64,000 nt of DNA from Cyanophora paradoxa CCMP329 (lineage: Eukaryota; Plantae; Glaucophyta), in NCBI GenBank assembly GCA_004431415.1, contig QPMI01000122.1, forward strand, positions 62,001-126,000, in the 5' to 3' direction. Every line of letters starts with the position of its first letter. Position 1 is the stretch's first letter. The notes under the pieces were generated by a model. The model made no database searches. It was not told the DNA's origin and saw only the letters and a program-made list of their open reading frames with translations. Of this stretch, positions 22,001-34,504 are shown piece after piece. A program made the position numbers and the translations under genes.

Positions 22001-24450
22001 GCCTGCCCCGCGGTGCGCGCGCCCGCCCAACCCCGCCCCCCTCGGACCGAACGCTCGCCGAGCGGCGGGGCGCAGTGCCGGTGCCGGCGCGGCTCGCGCG
22101 GGGCCCCTCGGGCGAGGCCGGGGACGTGGCGGAGCCTTTGCCCCCGGTGCTTTGCCCCTCCCCGGCCCTGGCCTCGCTCGGAGTGGACCGTTCTCTGACG
22201 CTGCGCGGGGCGGGCAGCGGGGGGAGCTGGTGGAGTGCGGGCTGGACGGGCCGCGCGCGGCCCCCGTGGCGCACGCCGCGCGGGGCGCCCGCATCCGCTC
22301 CCTCACCCTTACCTCCCAGTCCACCCAGGTCCCCGCCCCGCCCGCCCCGCGCCGCCTCCCCGCTCGCCCTCACGCCCGGGCGCAGCTGACGGGCCCCGTG
22401 CGGGACGTCAAGATGCACCCCGACGACGACGCGCGCCGCCCGCCCGCTTGGCCTCCGCCCCCCGTCTGACTCGCCCGCAGACGCTCGTGCTGGCGACGTG
22501 TATGGCCAACGACGCCGCGCACTTCAAGCAGGCGCGGGGCCCTTTCTCTCAAGAGCGCGGGCGCTGCGGCCGCTGAGGGGGGCGGGGGGCGGGGCGCAGG
22601 CGGCGCTCTTCGACCTGCGGCGGCGGCGGCACGCGGTCCTCGGCGGCCTCTCCGGCACCGTCGTCGAGGCCGGTCCGCCCGCCCGCCCGCCCGCCCGCCC
22701 TTGCGATTGTGCCTTCGGCCTCCCGCGCGCCTTCTGGAGCCTCACGCGGCGCGCCGGCAGGCTGGACGGCGGACGGGGCGCGCGTGTACGCGGCGAGCAG
22801 CGACGCGGTGTCGGGGCGGCACGCGCTGCACGTGTACCCGTACGACGGGCGCGGCGGGCTGGGCGCGCCAACAGTCTTCCGGCTGCACGAGCAGGGCCTG
22901 CTGCGCGCCCGCTCGCACGCCGAGCGGGAGGCCGCGGAGGGGACGCCCCTCGCCGCCCTCATCGCCACCTGCGCCCGCGACCGCGCCGTCTGGGTCCGCC
23001 CGCCCCGCCTTGCCCTCCGGCCCCGCCCTCCGGCCCCGCCGGCCCCGCTGAGCCCCGCCGGCAGGTTGTGAACGCGGAGACGGGCGCGCGCGCCTCCCTC
23101 GACACCGCCCGCGAGCGCGTGCGCCCCCGCGGGTCGCCGCTTATGATCCCGCCCCCGCCGGCTCTGAGGCGCGCGCAGAAAATGGGGAGGCCGCCGCGGG
23201 CGGGGGCAGGGGAGCGGCACCCGTTCATCGAGCTCGAGTTCCGCCGCGGGGCGCGGGCGCACGAGCTGCTGGCGGGGGCGGACAACTGCGGGGCGGCCGA
23301 CCCCGGCGAGCCCGAGGAGCGCCGCGCCGCCCGCCCCGCCATCGTCCGCTGCTGGCCCGCCCCCGCTCCGCCCCCGCCCTCCCGCCGCTTCGCCTGAGGG
23401 CGGGGCAGGGACCTGGAGACGGGGGCGCGCATGTGGGACCTCAACACCGCCCGCCTCGCCCGCGAGGTCCGCCCCGCCCCGCCCGCCCCGCCCGGCCCTG
23501 CCCCCGCCTCCGACGCGGCGTCCGGCAGACGGGGGAGGGCCCGCCGATGGTGGCGAGCCTCGGGTGCGGGGCGCGGGGCCCGCTCTTCGCGGCGGGGCTC
23601 GTGGGCGCCGCGGGGGCCGGCGCCGCCTCCTTCACGGGCCTCGCCCTCCTCGACGACCGCGGCCTGGGGCCGGCCGAGGCGCCCCGCCCCGCCGCCCTCG
23701 TCCGCACCGGCCACGAGGACCTCAACCTCGTCGCCCTCCGGCGCGTTCCCCTCTTCCTCTCTTCCTTTCCCCTTCCCTCTTGCTCACGCCGGGGCAGGGA
23801 GGACGAGCTGCTGCTGCTGGCGGCGGGGGTGGAGGTCCTGCGGCGCGCCCCCGGCGAGCGCCGCACGGGCCGCGGCCTCCTCTACGTCTGCGACGCCCGC
23901 CTCCCCTCCCGGCCCCTCCACGTCCTCCGCCACGACCGTCCGCGCCCCGTACCCCCCCGCCGCTCCCCCCCGCTGCTCGCCTCATGCGCGGCGCGGGGCG
24001 GCAGGCGTCGACTTCGTGCCGCGCGAGGACCTCGACGGCATCTCGCACGCCGCCTGGCGCGCCCCCTCCCGCCCCCCATTTGAACGGGCCTTCCTCTTAC
24101 CGCCGGCCCGGGGCAGGTCGGCGTGCGGGTCGTACATCGTGACGGCGGGCGACGACCGCTCCGTGCGCGTGTGGGACGTGCGCGGCGCCACCGCTGACGC
24201 CCTCGCCGCCACCCTCCGCTCCCCCCGCTCGCACACCTCGGCCTGCCTCGCCGCCGCGGCGGGGCGGGACCTGCGCCACGTCGTCTCGGGCGGGGACGAC
24301 CAGCGGCTGCTGCTCTGGCAGGCCCGCCCCGACGCCGAGGAGGCCGCCGGCGACCGCGAGGGCGCCCCCGGCGACGCCGGCGCCGCGGCGCTGCTGGAGC
24401 CCCCCGGGGCGCTCTCGCTGGGGGAGCCCATCCCCCGCACCTTCGACTAG
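19029..24450 (+). CDS. WD40-repeat DCAF-like protein with acidic repeats, a CxxC..CxxC motif, a Myb/SANT-like segment and an H-box
   Basis: CALC..CRPC (~20345-20425); VDFAAVAARMPGRSAAALRRAY (~21750-21820); LNLAALLRARELG (21964-22002); WD repeats ending ALFDLR, MWDLN, IVTAGDDRSVRVWDVR, VVSGGDDQRLLLW. Could be two genes. Confidence 0.7.
19266..19580 (+). repeat. 39-bp coding tandem repeat (13 aa, ALDAAxQxxxAE, ~8 copies)
   Basis: gcgctcgatgc(t/g)gcc..cag.. units inside ORF 19029. Confidence 0.85.
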
Positions 24451-24488
24451 CGCCTGTTCCCTTGCAACAGGCCCCCGCGACTAGGCGG

Positions 24489-25620
24489 CTAGTCGCGGCG
24501 CAGCGAGGCGAAGGCGGCCGCCCAGGAGGCCGGCGGGGCGGCCGGCGGGGCGTCGGGGGCCCGCTGCACGAGCTCGAAGGTCGTCCCCGGCGGGCACGAC
24601 GCGAGCGCCTCCACGCACGCCAGCGCCACGTCCTGCGGGGCCCCGGCGTGGGCGGGCCGGGGCAGGGGTACGGGGGGCGGGAGGGGGGTACGCGGGTGCG
24701 GACCTCGCGGGAGACGCGGCCGTTGATCTTGTCCCCCTGGTCGAGGACGAGGGCGGGGAGGCCCTGCGAGGGCTCCATCTGCGGGCACCGGCGCCCGGGC
24801 CCCTCGGGTCAGATGCGGGCGGGGGCCTGGGGCGTGCTTGCAGCTGCGCATGCGGACCGTGAGGCCGCCGGGCCGGACGATGACGTACGGCACGCCGCTC
24901 TTCCTCAGATACGCCTCGCCTTCGCTCTTCCAGTGCATCACGCTGGCGGGCGGCGCGGCAGCAGACGTCAGCGCCGCGAGCCGGCGAGCTTGGGCGAGGA
25001 GGGGTCGGCGCGGGCGGACCGGCCCATGAGGGAGTTCAGGAGGATGTAGATGAAGGAGCTGGGGCGGGTGATGGCGAGGGTGCTGACGAGGACGAACTTC
25101 TCGACGCGGGCGGCCTTGGCCGCGTCGACGAGCGTCTTCAGGCCCACGTACTCGACGTCGTACGAGCTGTTGCTCCCGAAGAAGTCCCAGCCGCTGCCGC
25201 CCTGGGCGCACACCACGTACTTCGCCCCGCTCATCGCCTTCGCGACGTCCGCCGCGTTCTGCGAGACGCCCTCCTGCTCCCGCGCGCGCGTGCGCTCGTC
25301 GGCCGAGACTCCGGCAGGAAGCGCGCTCACTCAGCGCACGCGCGCGCGCACCACAATCTCGACGTTGGACGCGGCGGGGCCCAGCGTGCTCGAGGCCTTC
25401 GCCGCCGAGCGGGCAAAGGCGCGGACTGCGAAGTTCTTGGCCGCCAGCTGCCTCACCGCGAACGCGCCTGCAGCGCAGCGCGTCATTACGCATGACGGAT
25501 CGCCGCAGCGGTCGCGCGCTATATAGCTATGCGCCGGGTCGCGGCGCGGAACTCGGACCCGTCGACACGCGCACCTGTCCGGCCCGTCGCGCCGACGACG
25601 AGGACCTTCTCGGCTCCCAT
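24489..25620 (-). CDS. Atypical SDR / NAD(P)-binding Rossmann protein (Tic62/SDR_a5-like)
   Basis: KVLVVGATGRTG, VEYVGLKTLVDAAKAARVEKFVLVS, WKSEGEAYLRKSGVPYVIVRPGGLT, GRVSRE-DVA. Confidence 0.9.
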
Positions 25621-25921
25621 TGCGGTAATATGATAGCGCTTATCTGCTGCCACCGATCGCGAATGCGAAGTCGTGCCGACGAGCACGTGCTCAGCTGCCG
25701 CAAAATCACGTACGCGTGAGGCCGATCGATTGGCTTCAAGCTTACAGCCTTGCAGTCGTCGCGCAAACCGTGGCACCCTCAGCCTCGCAGCACAAGCCAA
25801 GAATGCGCGCAGTCAATTCGGTTCTCTCTACACGCAAGCTACGAGACGGCGGGCGACACTACACGGGGGGGAAGTTCTATGGAGCGCTCTCGCGGCGCGT
25901 ACTTAGGTCCGGGGGACGGCT

Positions 25922-28900
25922 CTACTGTTGCGCGTAGGTGTACTGCGCCTGGGTGGCATCGGCCGGCTGCGCCTCGGCAGCGGCGGCCGCCTCCTGCGGC
26001 TGCTGCGCGTACTCGGCGGCGGGCTGCGCCTGAGCGTACTCGGCGGCGGGCTGCGCCTGCGCATACTCGGCGGCCGGCTGCGCCTGCGCGTACTCGGCGG
26101 CCGGCTGCGCCTGGGCGTACTCGGCGGCCGGCTGCTGGGCGTAGGCGGCCTGCTGCGCGTACTGCTGCTCGGCCGCCGCCTGCTGCTGCTGCTGCGCGGC
26201 GGCGTACTCCTGCGCCTGCTGCGCCGCCGCGTCCTGCTGCGGCTGCTGCTCGTGCCCGTAGGCCGCGTAGGCCGCGTACTGGGGCATCCCCTGCGGGGCC
26301 GCCACGACCACCATCGGCACGCCCGACGCCGCCTGCGTCGTGTCTGCCCCCCGCGCGTCAGCGGCGGCCGCGGCCGGCACACAGGCGGGGGCGCACAGTG
26401 GGCGAAGCCGGCGGTCATCTGCTGCTGCACGTGGCCGCCCGCGTGCTGCGCGTAGTGCTGCTGCTGCTGCTGCTGCCACTGCGCTTCGGGCTGCGCGGGC
26501 CGGCTGGGTCAGCAGGGGCCGGCGCGGCGGGGGTAGGGGGGCGGAGCGCACGTGCTGCATGTGGCCCTGGGCGACGTGACCGGAGTAGCGCTGCAGGCCC
26601 GAGGCCTGGGGCAGGGGCGCCGGGCTCGAGACGCCCATGTTCTGCTTCGGCTTGCGGCCGGGCTTGCGGCGCAGGTTGGCGAGGCGCTCGCTCTCCTTGA
26701 GGTTGGCGTCAGAGTGCTCCTTCGCGTTTCTTGCCAGGTACGCCACCACGTGCCCGTCGATTTGGCCCCAGCGGTCTGCGCGCGAGGGCTCGGCCGGGGC
26801 GCGGCACACGGTCCGGGCCGGAGGGCAGACGCACGGGTGGCGACGCGGGCCTGGATCTCAGACTTGATGGAGAGGATCCAGCCGAAGAACATCATGACAG
26901 CCTCCTCGTACATCGAGAGCGCCCGCGCGTGGTTCCGGTGGAAACGCTTCATGTGCATGTCGAACTGCGCCGGGGAGGGTCGGTTCGGGTGGCGCCGGCG
27001 GGGCGGCGGCGGCCCGGGGCGGGGGCGCACGAGCTCGTAGGCGGAGCGGCGGCGGCGGCGGGAGCCGGAGCCGTCGCCGTCGTCCATGTCCTCCTCCTCC
27101 TCCATGACCTCGTGCTCGACCTGGTGGTGGTGGTGCATCATCTCCATCTGGCCCCCTCCCACCGGCTCGATCGGCTGCTGCATCCCGTCCGGGCCCATCT
27201 GCACGGCCCCCGTGCCGTCGTCCCCGCCCATCTCGCCCATCTGCATCGAGGACGCCGTCGAGCGGCGCGGCTGAGGCGGCTGCGAGATGCGCCGCGGCGG
27301 CGGGTGCGGGTCCTGCTTCGTCGACGTGTTCATCGTGCTCTGCACCGGCGAGTCAGCGCCGCTGGCGGGGGCCGGGCCGGGGCGGGGCGGGGGCAGGCCT
27401 TGCGGCGCTCAAGATCGTCGCGCTTCTGGTTGACGACATCCTTGGCCTTCTGGAAGTTGCGAAAGAGGGTCTTGTACTGCTCCATGTACTTCCAGTACAT
27501 CTCCTGCAGGTTTTCGTTGTCCAGCGACTGGATGTACTGCAGGAACGACTCGTACGCCGGCCGGTCGTCCCCCATCCCGTCCTCCCCGTCCTTCATCCGC
27601 CGCGACCGCTTCCGCATCGCCTTTCCGTCCGACATGTCCGACGAGCGGCCGGGGAGCGTGAGGGGGCCCGGCGCCATCAGCGTCGGGAGGCTCTGGATGG
27701 TCGCCGTCCAGGACGAGGCCGGGGCGGCGTAGGTCATGGTGGCGGCCGGCACGGCGACGGTCATGTGCGCCTGCTGGTGGTGGTGGTGGTAGGCCGGCTG
27801 GACGTGGCCGTGGGCATGCGCGTGCGCCGCCGGGTCGTGCGCGACGTGCCCGTGCTGCACCATCACGCCGCCCGAGGCCGCCACCTCCTCCATCGGGTGC
27901 GCGTGCGCGTGCGCGTGCGCGTGGGCCTGCGCCTGAGCCTGCGCGTGGTGCATCGCAGCCGGGTCCACTGGCATCGACGCCTCCGGCATCTGGTACTGCG
28001 GCGGGGCGTGCATCCCCATCTCCTCCTCCTTCTTCTTGGCCGAGCGCCGCTTGCGCGAGCCCTTGCCGAAGTCATCGTCGTTCTGGTCGTCCTCCTCCTC
28101 GCTGAGCTCGCCCGCCTCCTGCTTCTTGCGCGACGCACGGCGCTGGCGCTTGCCGCTCACGTCGCCTCCATCCGCGCCCGGAGTCGGAGGCGGAGCGCCG
28201 TGGCTGATCGGCAGCGGAGGAGCGTGCTCGGCGTGCTGAGGCATCGCCTGCTGCACCTCCTGCGGCACCTCCGGCTGCTGCTTCTGGCTCTCGTCATCGG
28301 TCAGGTCGGACTCCTCCAAGACACCGTTGTCCACGCCGATGATACGGCCGGGGAGCGGCTTCAGGGTGCCAGTGGCCGCCACGTACGTGCTCCTGCGACG
28401 GAGTCAGGAGCTCCGGCAAAAGGAAGACGATAACTAAAAAAGCTTTCTGATAAGAATGGTACGCATGGAACACGCACCGGCAGAGGAAGGAGAGGTTGTC
28501 CTCGGGAAGGATCGGGCTGGGCTCGTCCGGCTTCAGGTGGTAGATGGCCACCTTCTCGTGCGCACTGGACAGGAGCAAATTCAAATTCAAAAGCGTTACG
28601 GAACTACAAAGCACGCTACCTCTCCGCGGGCTGGCCCTTCTCACGCGACTCCGAGAAGAAGATTTCGCGGGGCTCAGCCGGGTGCGGAAGGCCGGGCGCA
28701 TCGGGCGTAGGAGCGGGCTGTAACACAATTAGAGCTCGCAGAGAGCATTGGCGGAAGCGCGCCGACCTGGTACGCATGCCGAGGGAAGAAGTACCACCTG
28801 ATGTCAACAAGCACGGCGGCGGGGTTCTCATCTGTCGGAAAGGTATCGGAATTCAATTAGGAACCCGGAAAAGCGCATTGGAGGCGCCCCCGGCCGGGAA

Positions 28901-29218
28901 AGAGCGGCACGGACCCCTTGTGTAAATCTTCTCGATGGCAGCGACGTGCTTCTCGTGCCCGATGTCGATATAAGTCACTTCGCCCATATCGTACTGCACG
29001 CCACCGAGCAGAAACGACCGGTACATCCTCTTGTTCAAGTGCCGGCCTCCCATCCCGATTGACTCGCCGAGGACAGTCGCGACCCGCTCCGCCACAACAG
29101 CAGTGACAGGTGCCTGTTTCCGTAGCGGAAAACCCAAGTGAGGCCCCGTGAGACCACCGCGAGGACGAAAAAGCGGCGGACGCACGGCGGCGACCTGCTC
29201 CGCCGCTTGACCCTCCAT
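25922..29218 (-). CDS. BAH-domain chromatin protein with His/Gln-rich regions
   Basis: YRSFLLGGVQYDMGEVTYI..VAAIEKIY..VDIRWYFFP..EPREIFFSES..FLCR-STY is a typical BAH pattern; basic NLS-like runs. Confidence 0.75.
26003..26135 (-). repeat. 27-bp coding tandem repeat (PAAEYAQAQ x ~5)
   Basis: Visible in ORF 25922..26809. Confidence 0.85.
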
Positions 29219-29510
29219 TCTGAACGAACTGCGGGGCCACCCGAAATCCCGAGGCTGGGCGAAGCTTCAACGACCGGAACTTTTGAACCCCGTGAAACGG
29301 GGCTACGTTGCCAAAGGATGGCGGGGCTACGCGCACCAGCGAGGGCTACGAAGAAGCAAGTTGTGGGGGGTAAATGTTGTAGGGGGGTACATCCATTCCT
29401 ATTCGCCGCATCGGTTATCCAGGGCTCCGTTCGGGCGGAGCGCCGAGCGCACCCCTTCAGAGCTAGCTTTGTGCGGGCGGTTGCAGCCAGCTCGGGCGCG
29501 CCGGGCCGAG

Positions 29511-32500
29511 ATGTCGCACGCCGCCGCCGCGGCGGTCCCTGCCGTCGAGGGGCACGGGACGGGTCACTCTTTCGTGTCGGCCTCCCTCGCCGAGTACTGC
29601 CTGGCACGTATCCCGCTCCCTCGGGCTCGGCGCCCCTTAGCTTAAACTCGAGGCGCAGCAATACGGCACCTTCGCGGTGGTCTCTTTTGCTAGCAGTCGG
29701 TTTGCGATCCTGTTCCCGAAGATCAAGCTGCCTCTCATCTCGTGAGCCCGCGCGCTCGGATCGAATCCCAGCCGCCCGCCGAGGAGCCCGAACCTGCTCT
29801 CGCAGCGGTTATCTCATCGCGGGAATCATCGTCGGCCCTTTCGTGCTTAACATCGTCGAGAAGTCCGCGCTGCCGCACCTCGGCTTCATCACGTAAGCTC
29901 AGCTGGAAGCGGCGCCCGAGCTTGCGAACCTGATCCTGCTGCCCCGCGCCGCGCAGTCAGTTCGCCCTAGCTTTCATTTCCTTTTCGGCGGGGGCCGGTG
30001 CGAACGTCCCGCCTCTGTGTCCTTTCCCGCGCTGATGCGGCTCCTTATCGCCATCCGCCAGAGCTCTACCTGCCCGGTGAGCCCTTTCCGGCAGGGATGA
30101 GCCGCGTCCAGTCGGCGCAGCGACGGGGGAGCGCTGGTCGCCGCCCGCGGCCCAAGGGCTGACGCTCGGACCCGCGCAGAGCTGCGGGAGTTGTTCAAGC
30201 AGATCATATGGATCACGGGCTTGATTGGGGTTTTCACGTACATCATCTCGACCTTTGTGGTCATGGGGCTCTCCTCGGGCGGCCTGTGCGCCCCGATCCC
30301 GCCCCCCACCCGCCGCCCCGCGCGCCGCCCCGCCGCCCGCAGCCGACCGCCGCGCCGCGCCCGCGCAGGCTACCGTCCATGGTCGGGCAATCGACGTCGT
30401 GCAGTGCGCCCGGCGCCGCCGCGTGTCGCGCCCCCTCGCCGCGCTGAGGGGCGGCAGTCTTCGGGGTCTCGCTGGTCGTGGCATCGATCATGGTCGCCCG
30501 ATCGCCCGCCTCCGCCATCGCCATCGTGCGGCCCCCCGCGCGTCCCGTCGCGTCGCGTCGCCGGCGCGCTGACACGTCGCCCACGCCCCGCCCCGCCCCG
30601 CCCCGCCCCGCCCTTCCCCGCCCCTGCCTGCAGGTGAAGGAGCTGCGCGCCAAGGGCCCCTTCACGTCCGCCCTCCTCGGCGTCACCGTCGTCTGTGCGC
30701 GCCCCCGCCCCCTCCCCCGCCCCTCCGGGGTCGCATGCGCGGCGACGGTGAGACGGGGCGGCAGGCGATGTGGTGGTGCTGATCCTCTTCGCCGTCTCGA
30801 TCGAGGTGGGGCGGACGAGCTGCTACCCCGGGAAGAGCTTCAACATCATCGCCCTCTGCGTCCTCGTCCTCGAGCTCGCCCTCGCCGTCGGCATCGGCTA
30901 CTGCGTCGGCAAGCTCCTCATCTGTCCGCCCGCCCCGCCCCGCCCCGCCCCGCCGCTTCAAGGGCCGACGCGCCGGCAGTCTACCTGTGGATCCCGCGGG
31001 TGCCGGCGGAGTTCCTGATCCTCCCGACGGGCTTCATCCTCTTCCTCATCTCGAACGCCATCACGAACTACACGGAGGAGCACTTCTCCTACGAGATCAA
31101 CCTCGAGCCCCTCCTCATCTGTCCGCCCCCGCCCCCCTCGCCCCGGCTCGCCCTCCCGCGCCCCCCCCTCCGCCCGCCTGAGCCCCGCCCGCCCGGCAGG
31201 CATCGTGGGCGGCTACATCGCGACCAACCAGTCGCTGAACCGCAACAAGTTCCTCATGCTCATCTCCAAGTCCGGTGCGCCCCGCCAAGGGCCCGCCGCC
31301 CGGCCCCGAGCCCCGGCCCGACGCCGGCTTAACCCCGACGCGCAGGCCCCTACATCTTCATCCCCTTCTTCACCCTCACGGGCGCCGCCCTCGACCTCGG
31401 CGTCATGTTCAAGGCGCCCCCGCCCCCCGGCGTCCCGCGCGCCCGCGCGCGCCCGCGCGGCGGCGGCTGAGCGCGGGGCGCAGTCGATCGCGTTCGCGTG
31501 CATCCTCTTCGCCGTGCGGATGATCTGCATCTTCTTCGGGTCGTTCCTCGGGGGCGTGATGGCGAAGAGCCCCAAGTCGCACAACCTCCACATGTGGATG
31601 ACGATGCTCACCCAGGCCGGCGTCTCCCTCGGCCTCGCCCTCAAGGTCGCCACCGCCTTCAAGGGTCCGCCCCGCCCCGCGCCCCGCGCCCCGCGGTGCC
31701 GGCGGCCGGCCGACGGGGGCGGGCGCCGGGGCAGGGTTCGGGGACTCGCTGGCGACGTCGGTGATCGCGGTGGTCGTGATCAACCAGCTGGTGGGCCCCG
31801 TGCTCTGCAAGGTGGGCATCAAGCGCGTCGGCGAGGCCCGCTCCCTCGCCGAGGCCGCCCTCGACATGGTCGGCGAGGGCCGCGCCGTGCGCCCCGCCCG
31901 CCCCTACCCTTCCCTCTCGCCCGCGCACGCCCCGCCGCCGCCGCCGACGCCGCCGATGCCGCTGGACGCAGGGTGTGATCAACCGGGTGCTGATCCTGGG
32001 GGCCGAGCCGGACGCCTTCCCCCTCGCCGTCCGCCTCCTCCGCGACCACTACCACGTCCGCCCCCGCCCCCGACCCCGCCCCCGCCCGCCTTCGCCTCCG
32101 ACGCGAGCCGCCCGGGGCCGGGCCCCGCAGGTGGTCGTCGTGGACTTCGACCAGGAGAAGCTGGACCGGATGACGGAGCGGCTGACGGCGGCGGACAAGT
32201 ACATGCGGGAGAAGAGCCTGCTGCGGGCGAAGCGCGAGGAGCACGGCGGGCACGGCGGGCACGGCGAGCACGGGGCCCCCGCCCCCGCGGCGAAGAAGGA
32301 GGCGGACGTGGAGGCGGCAGGGGCCGGCGAGAAGAAGGAGGCGGCGTACCGGGGGGCGGTGGTGCACGAGCTGATCGGGGGCAAGTTCGAGGCGCGGCAG
32401 CTGGGCGTGCTCGAGGGGGGCGACCTGGAGCGCGTCGGCGTGCTCGTCGAGAGCGCCACGCTCGACCTCGACAGGCACAACACCGTCGCCGCCATCGCCT

Positions 32501-33183
32501 GCTTCGAGAACGACCGCCTCAACTACATGGCCTGCAAGCACATCGTCCACCAGCTCAAGCTCGGGCGCGTCTGCTGCCGCCTCACCAACGCCGAGTGGCG
32601 GGAGACGCTGGTGGCGCTGGGCGTCTACCCCATCTACAACCTCTCGCTCTGCGCGCACTACGCCTTCCAGACGCTCTTCACGGCGCCGCACCAGAAGTTC
32701 GACTTCCTCTTCCTCCCCGTCTCCGCCCAGGCCGTCGGCTCCGTCATCGAGCTCTTCGAGCACGACTTCTTCCTCGCCGGCCTCTCCCCCGAGCAGCGCG
32801 ACGCCTTCGCCGCCCAGCACCCGGGGCCCTACGAGTCTGGCCTCATCGCCCGCCCCTCCGAGGCCGCCGCCGCCGCCGCCGCCGCCAACGCGCAGGCCGG
32901 CATCGGGCGGCTGCTGGCGGGCGGGGACGGGATGAAGGAGCACGAGCGGTCCGAGTTCCTGGACCACCTGTGCATGCGGGAGGAGGACGGGGCCCGCATC
33001 GAGGCCGAGGAGAAGCGCGTCCTCGAGCTCCTCGCCTCCGGCTCCTCCCTCTCCTCCCTCCGCGCCGAAGCCCCGCGCCCCGTCCCCCCCGGCTCCGTCG
33101 TCCCCTCCGACGCCCCCCGCGCCGGGCCCGGCGGCGGCGGCGGCGTGCCCCTGCCCCCGCTCCCGCCCCGCGGCAACTCTTAG
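29511..33183 (+). CDS. CPA2-family cation/H+ antiporter with C-terminal TrkA-N/RCK-like domain
   Basis: KLPLIS-GYLIAGIIVGPFVL, FALAFISFSAG-ELY, IMVARSPASAIAI-VKELRAKGPFT, PFFTLTGAALDL, MLTQAGVSLGLA, INQLVGPVLCK, RVLILG..VVVVDFD. Confidence 0.88.
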
Positions 33184-33562
33184 GTAGGACCCGGGAGCGC
33201 CCCCAGCTTCGACCGTACCCGTAGCTATCTATAGTGATTCATCGTTCATCTTACGTATGGCAGGTAGAGAGTCAGGCAGGACCGCGTGCACAGTTCTAGA
33301 GTTTGGATGCCTTTACTGCCTGGGCCCGCGCCCAGCGAGTTTCAAATACATCGATTGATCATGAAGCATGCGTGGAACAGAAGAGCGGCGAGTCGAGCGG
33401 GGAACGAGATCTAGAGAGGGCGGGGTAGGAGAAGGTGCCGGGCCCCGGAAGGGCGGGGAGCCGGCGCCTAGGCCTGGCCATGGGGGCGTGTCGGAGGATG
33501 GGACACCGGGAGGTGCGGATGGATGGGATGCGCGTGGGGCGGGGCGGGGCGGGGCGGGGGGC

Positions 33563-34275
33563 TCAGATGGCAGTCTTGTTCATGAACTTCTTCTTGCTGA
33601 AGGCCATCCAGTGCTTGTTGGGCTGGCCCGTCGCAAAGACCAGGTCCGCCACCCGCCGCGAGCACTCCTGCCGCACCTGCCGCGCGTACTCCCGGAACAG
33701 GTCTGCGCCCCCGCGTCGCCACGCGGCGCGGCTGGGCGCGCTGGCGGCCGCCGGGCGCGTCGAGCGCACCGCCCTCCGCGGGGTCGGCGGGGTCGGAGAA
33801 GAGGCCGCCGAAGGGGAATCCGGGCTGCCCGGGGATCGGGAACTCCTGCAGGGCGAAGACGTTCACGGCCTGCGCGGGGCGGGGGTTGGCTCGGCAGCGG
33901 CGAGGGGGGCCGAGCTCGGGCGGGCCTTGTGGGCCTTGTCCTTCGTGTCGCATCCCTCCATCTTCTTCAGGCAGATGTTGATGAAGAGCGTGAGGTACAT
34001 GAGGAGCCTGTCCGCCGGGCCCTCGATCGAAAAAGTGCGAAACATGATGTTGGGGCGGAAGAGGTCGATGGCCTCGTCGATGATGTCCGGCTTGTCTGCG
34101 CGCCCGCCGTTAGCTACGCCGCTCCAGCGTGCGCCGCGGCGCACGCGCCTGGGTCCGCGATGTTCGCCCGCTGCCCGCTCTTAACGACGACCGAGTTGCC
34201 GAGCTTCAGCGGGAGCAGCAGGCAGCCGCACGCCTGCTTCGCCTGCACGGCGTTGAAGCTACTGTGGTAGACCAT
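33563..34275 (-). CDS. ARPC3: Arp2/3 complex subunit 3 (p21-ARC)
   Basis: MVYHSSF..DIIDEAIDLFRPNIMFRTFSIEGPADRLLMYLTLFI..FPIPGQPGFPFGG..RQVRQE..NKHWMAFSKKKFMNK. Confidence 0.97.
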
Positions 34276-34504
34276 CAATGGCGGTCTGCGCTGCTGCGCC
34301 CCTGTCCTCGACGCGTCGTTTCAAAAAAACGAGCTGGCCAGGCGCCGCGCGAGATGCTGGCTGCGCCTACGCGATGCGATGGACCCTTCGGACGTGCTGG
34401 TGCAGCGGCCGTTCGAGTCGGCGGCAGCTATTAGATAGAGTGTACCCCTCCCGGCCCTTCCGTCAGGCAGCACAGCGACCGCCACGGGATATGTACAGCA
34501 GATT

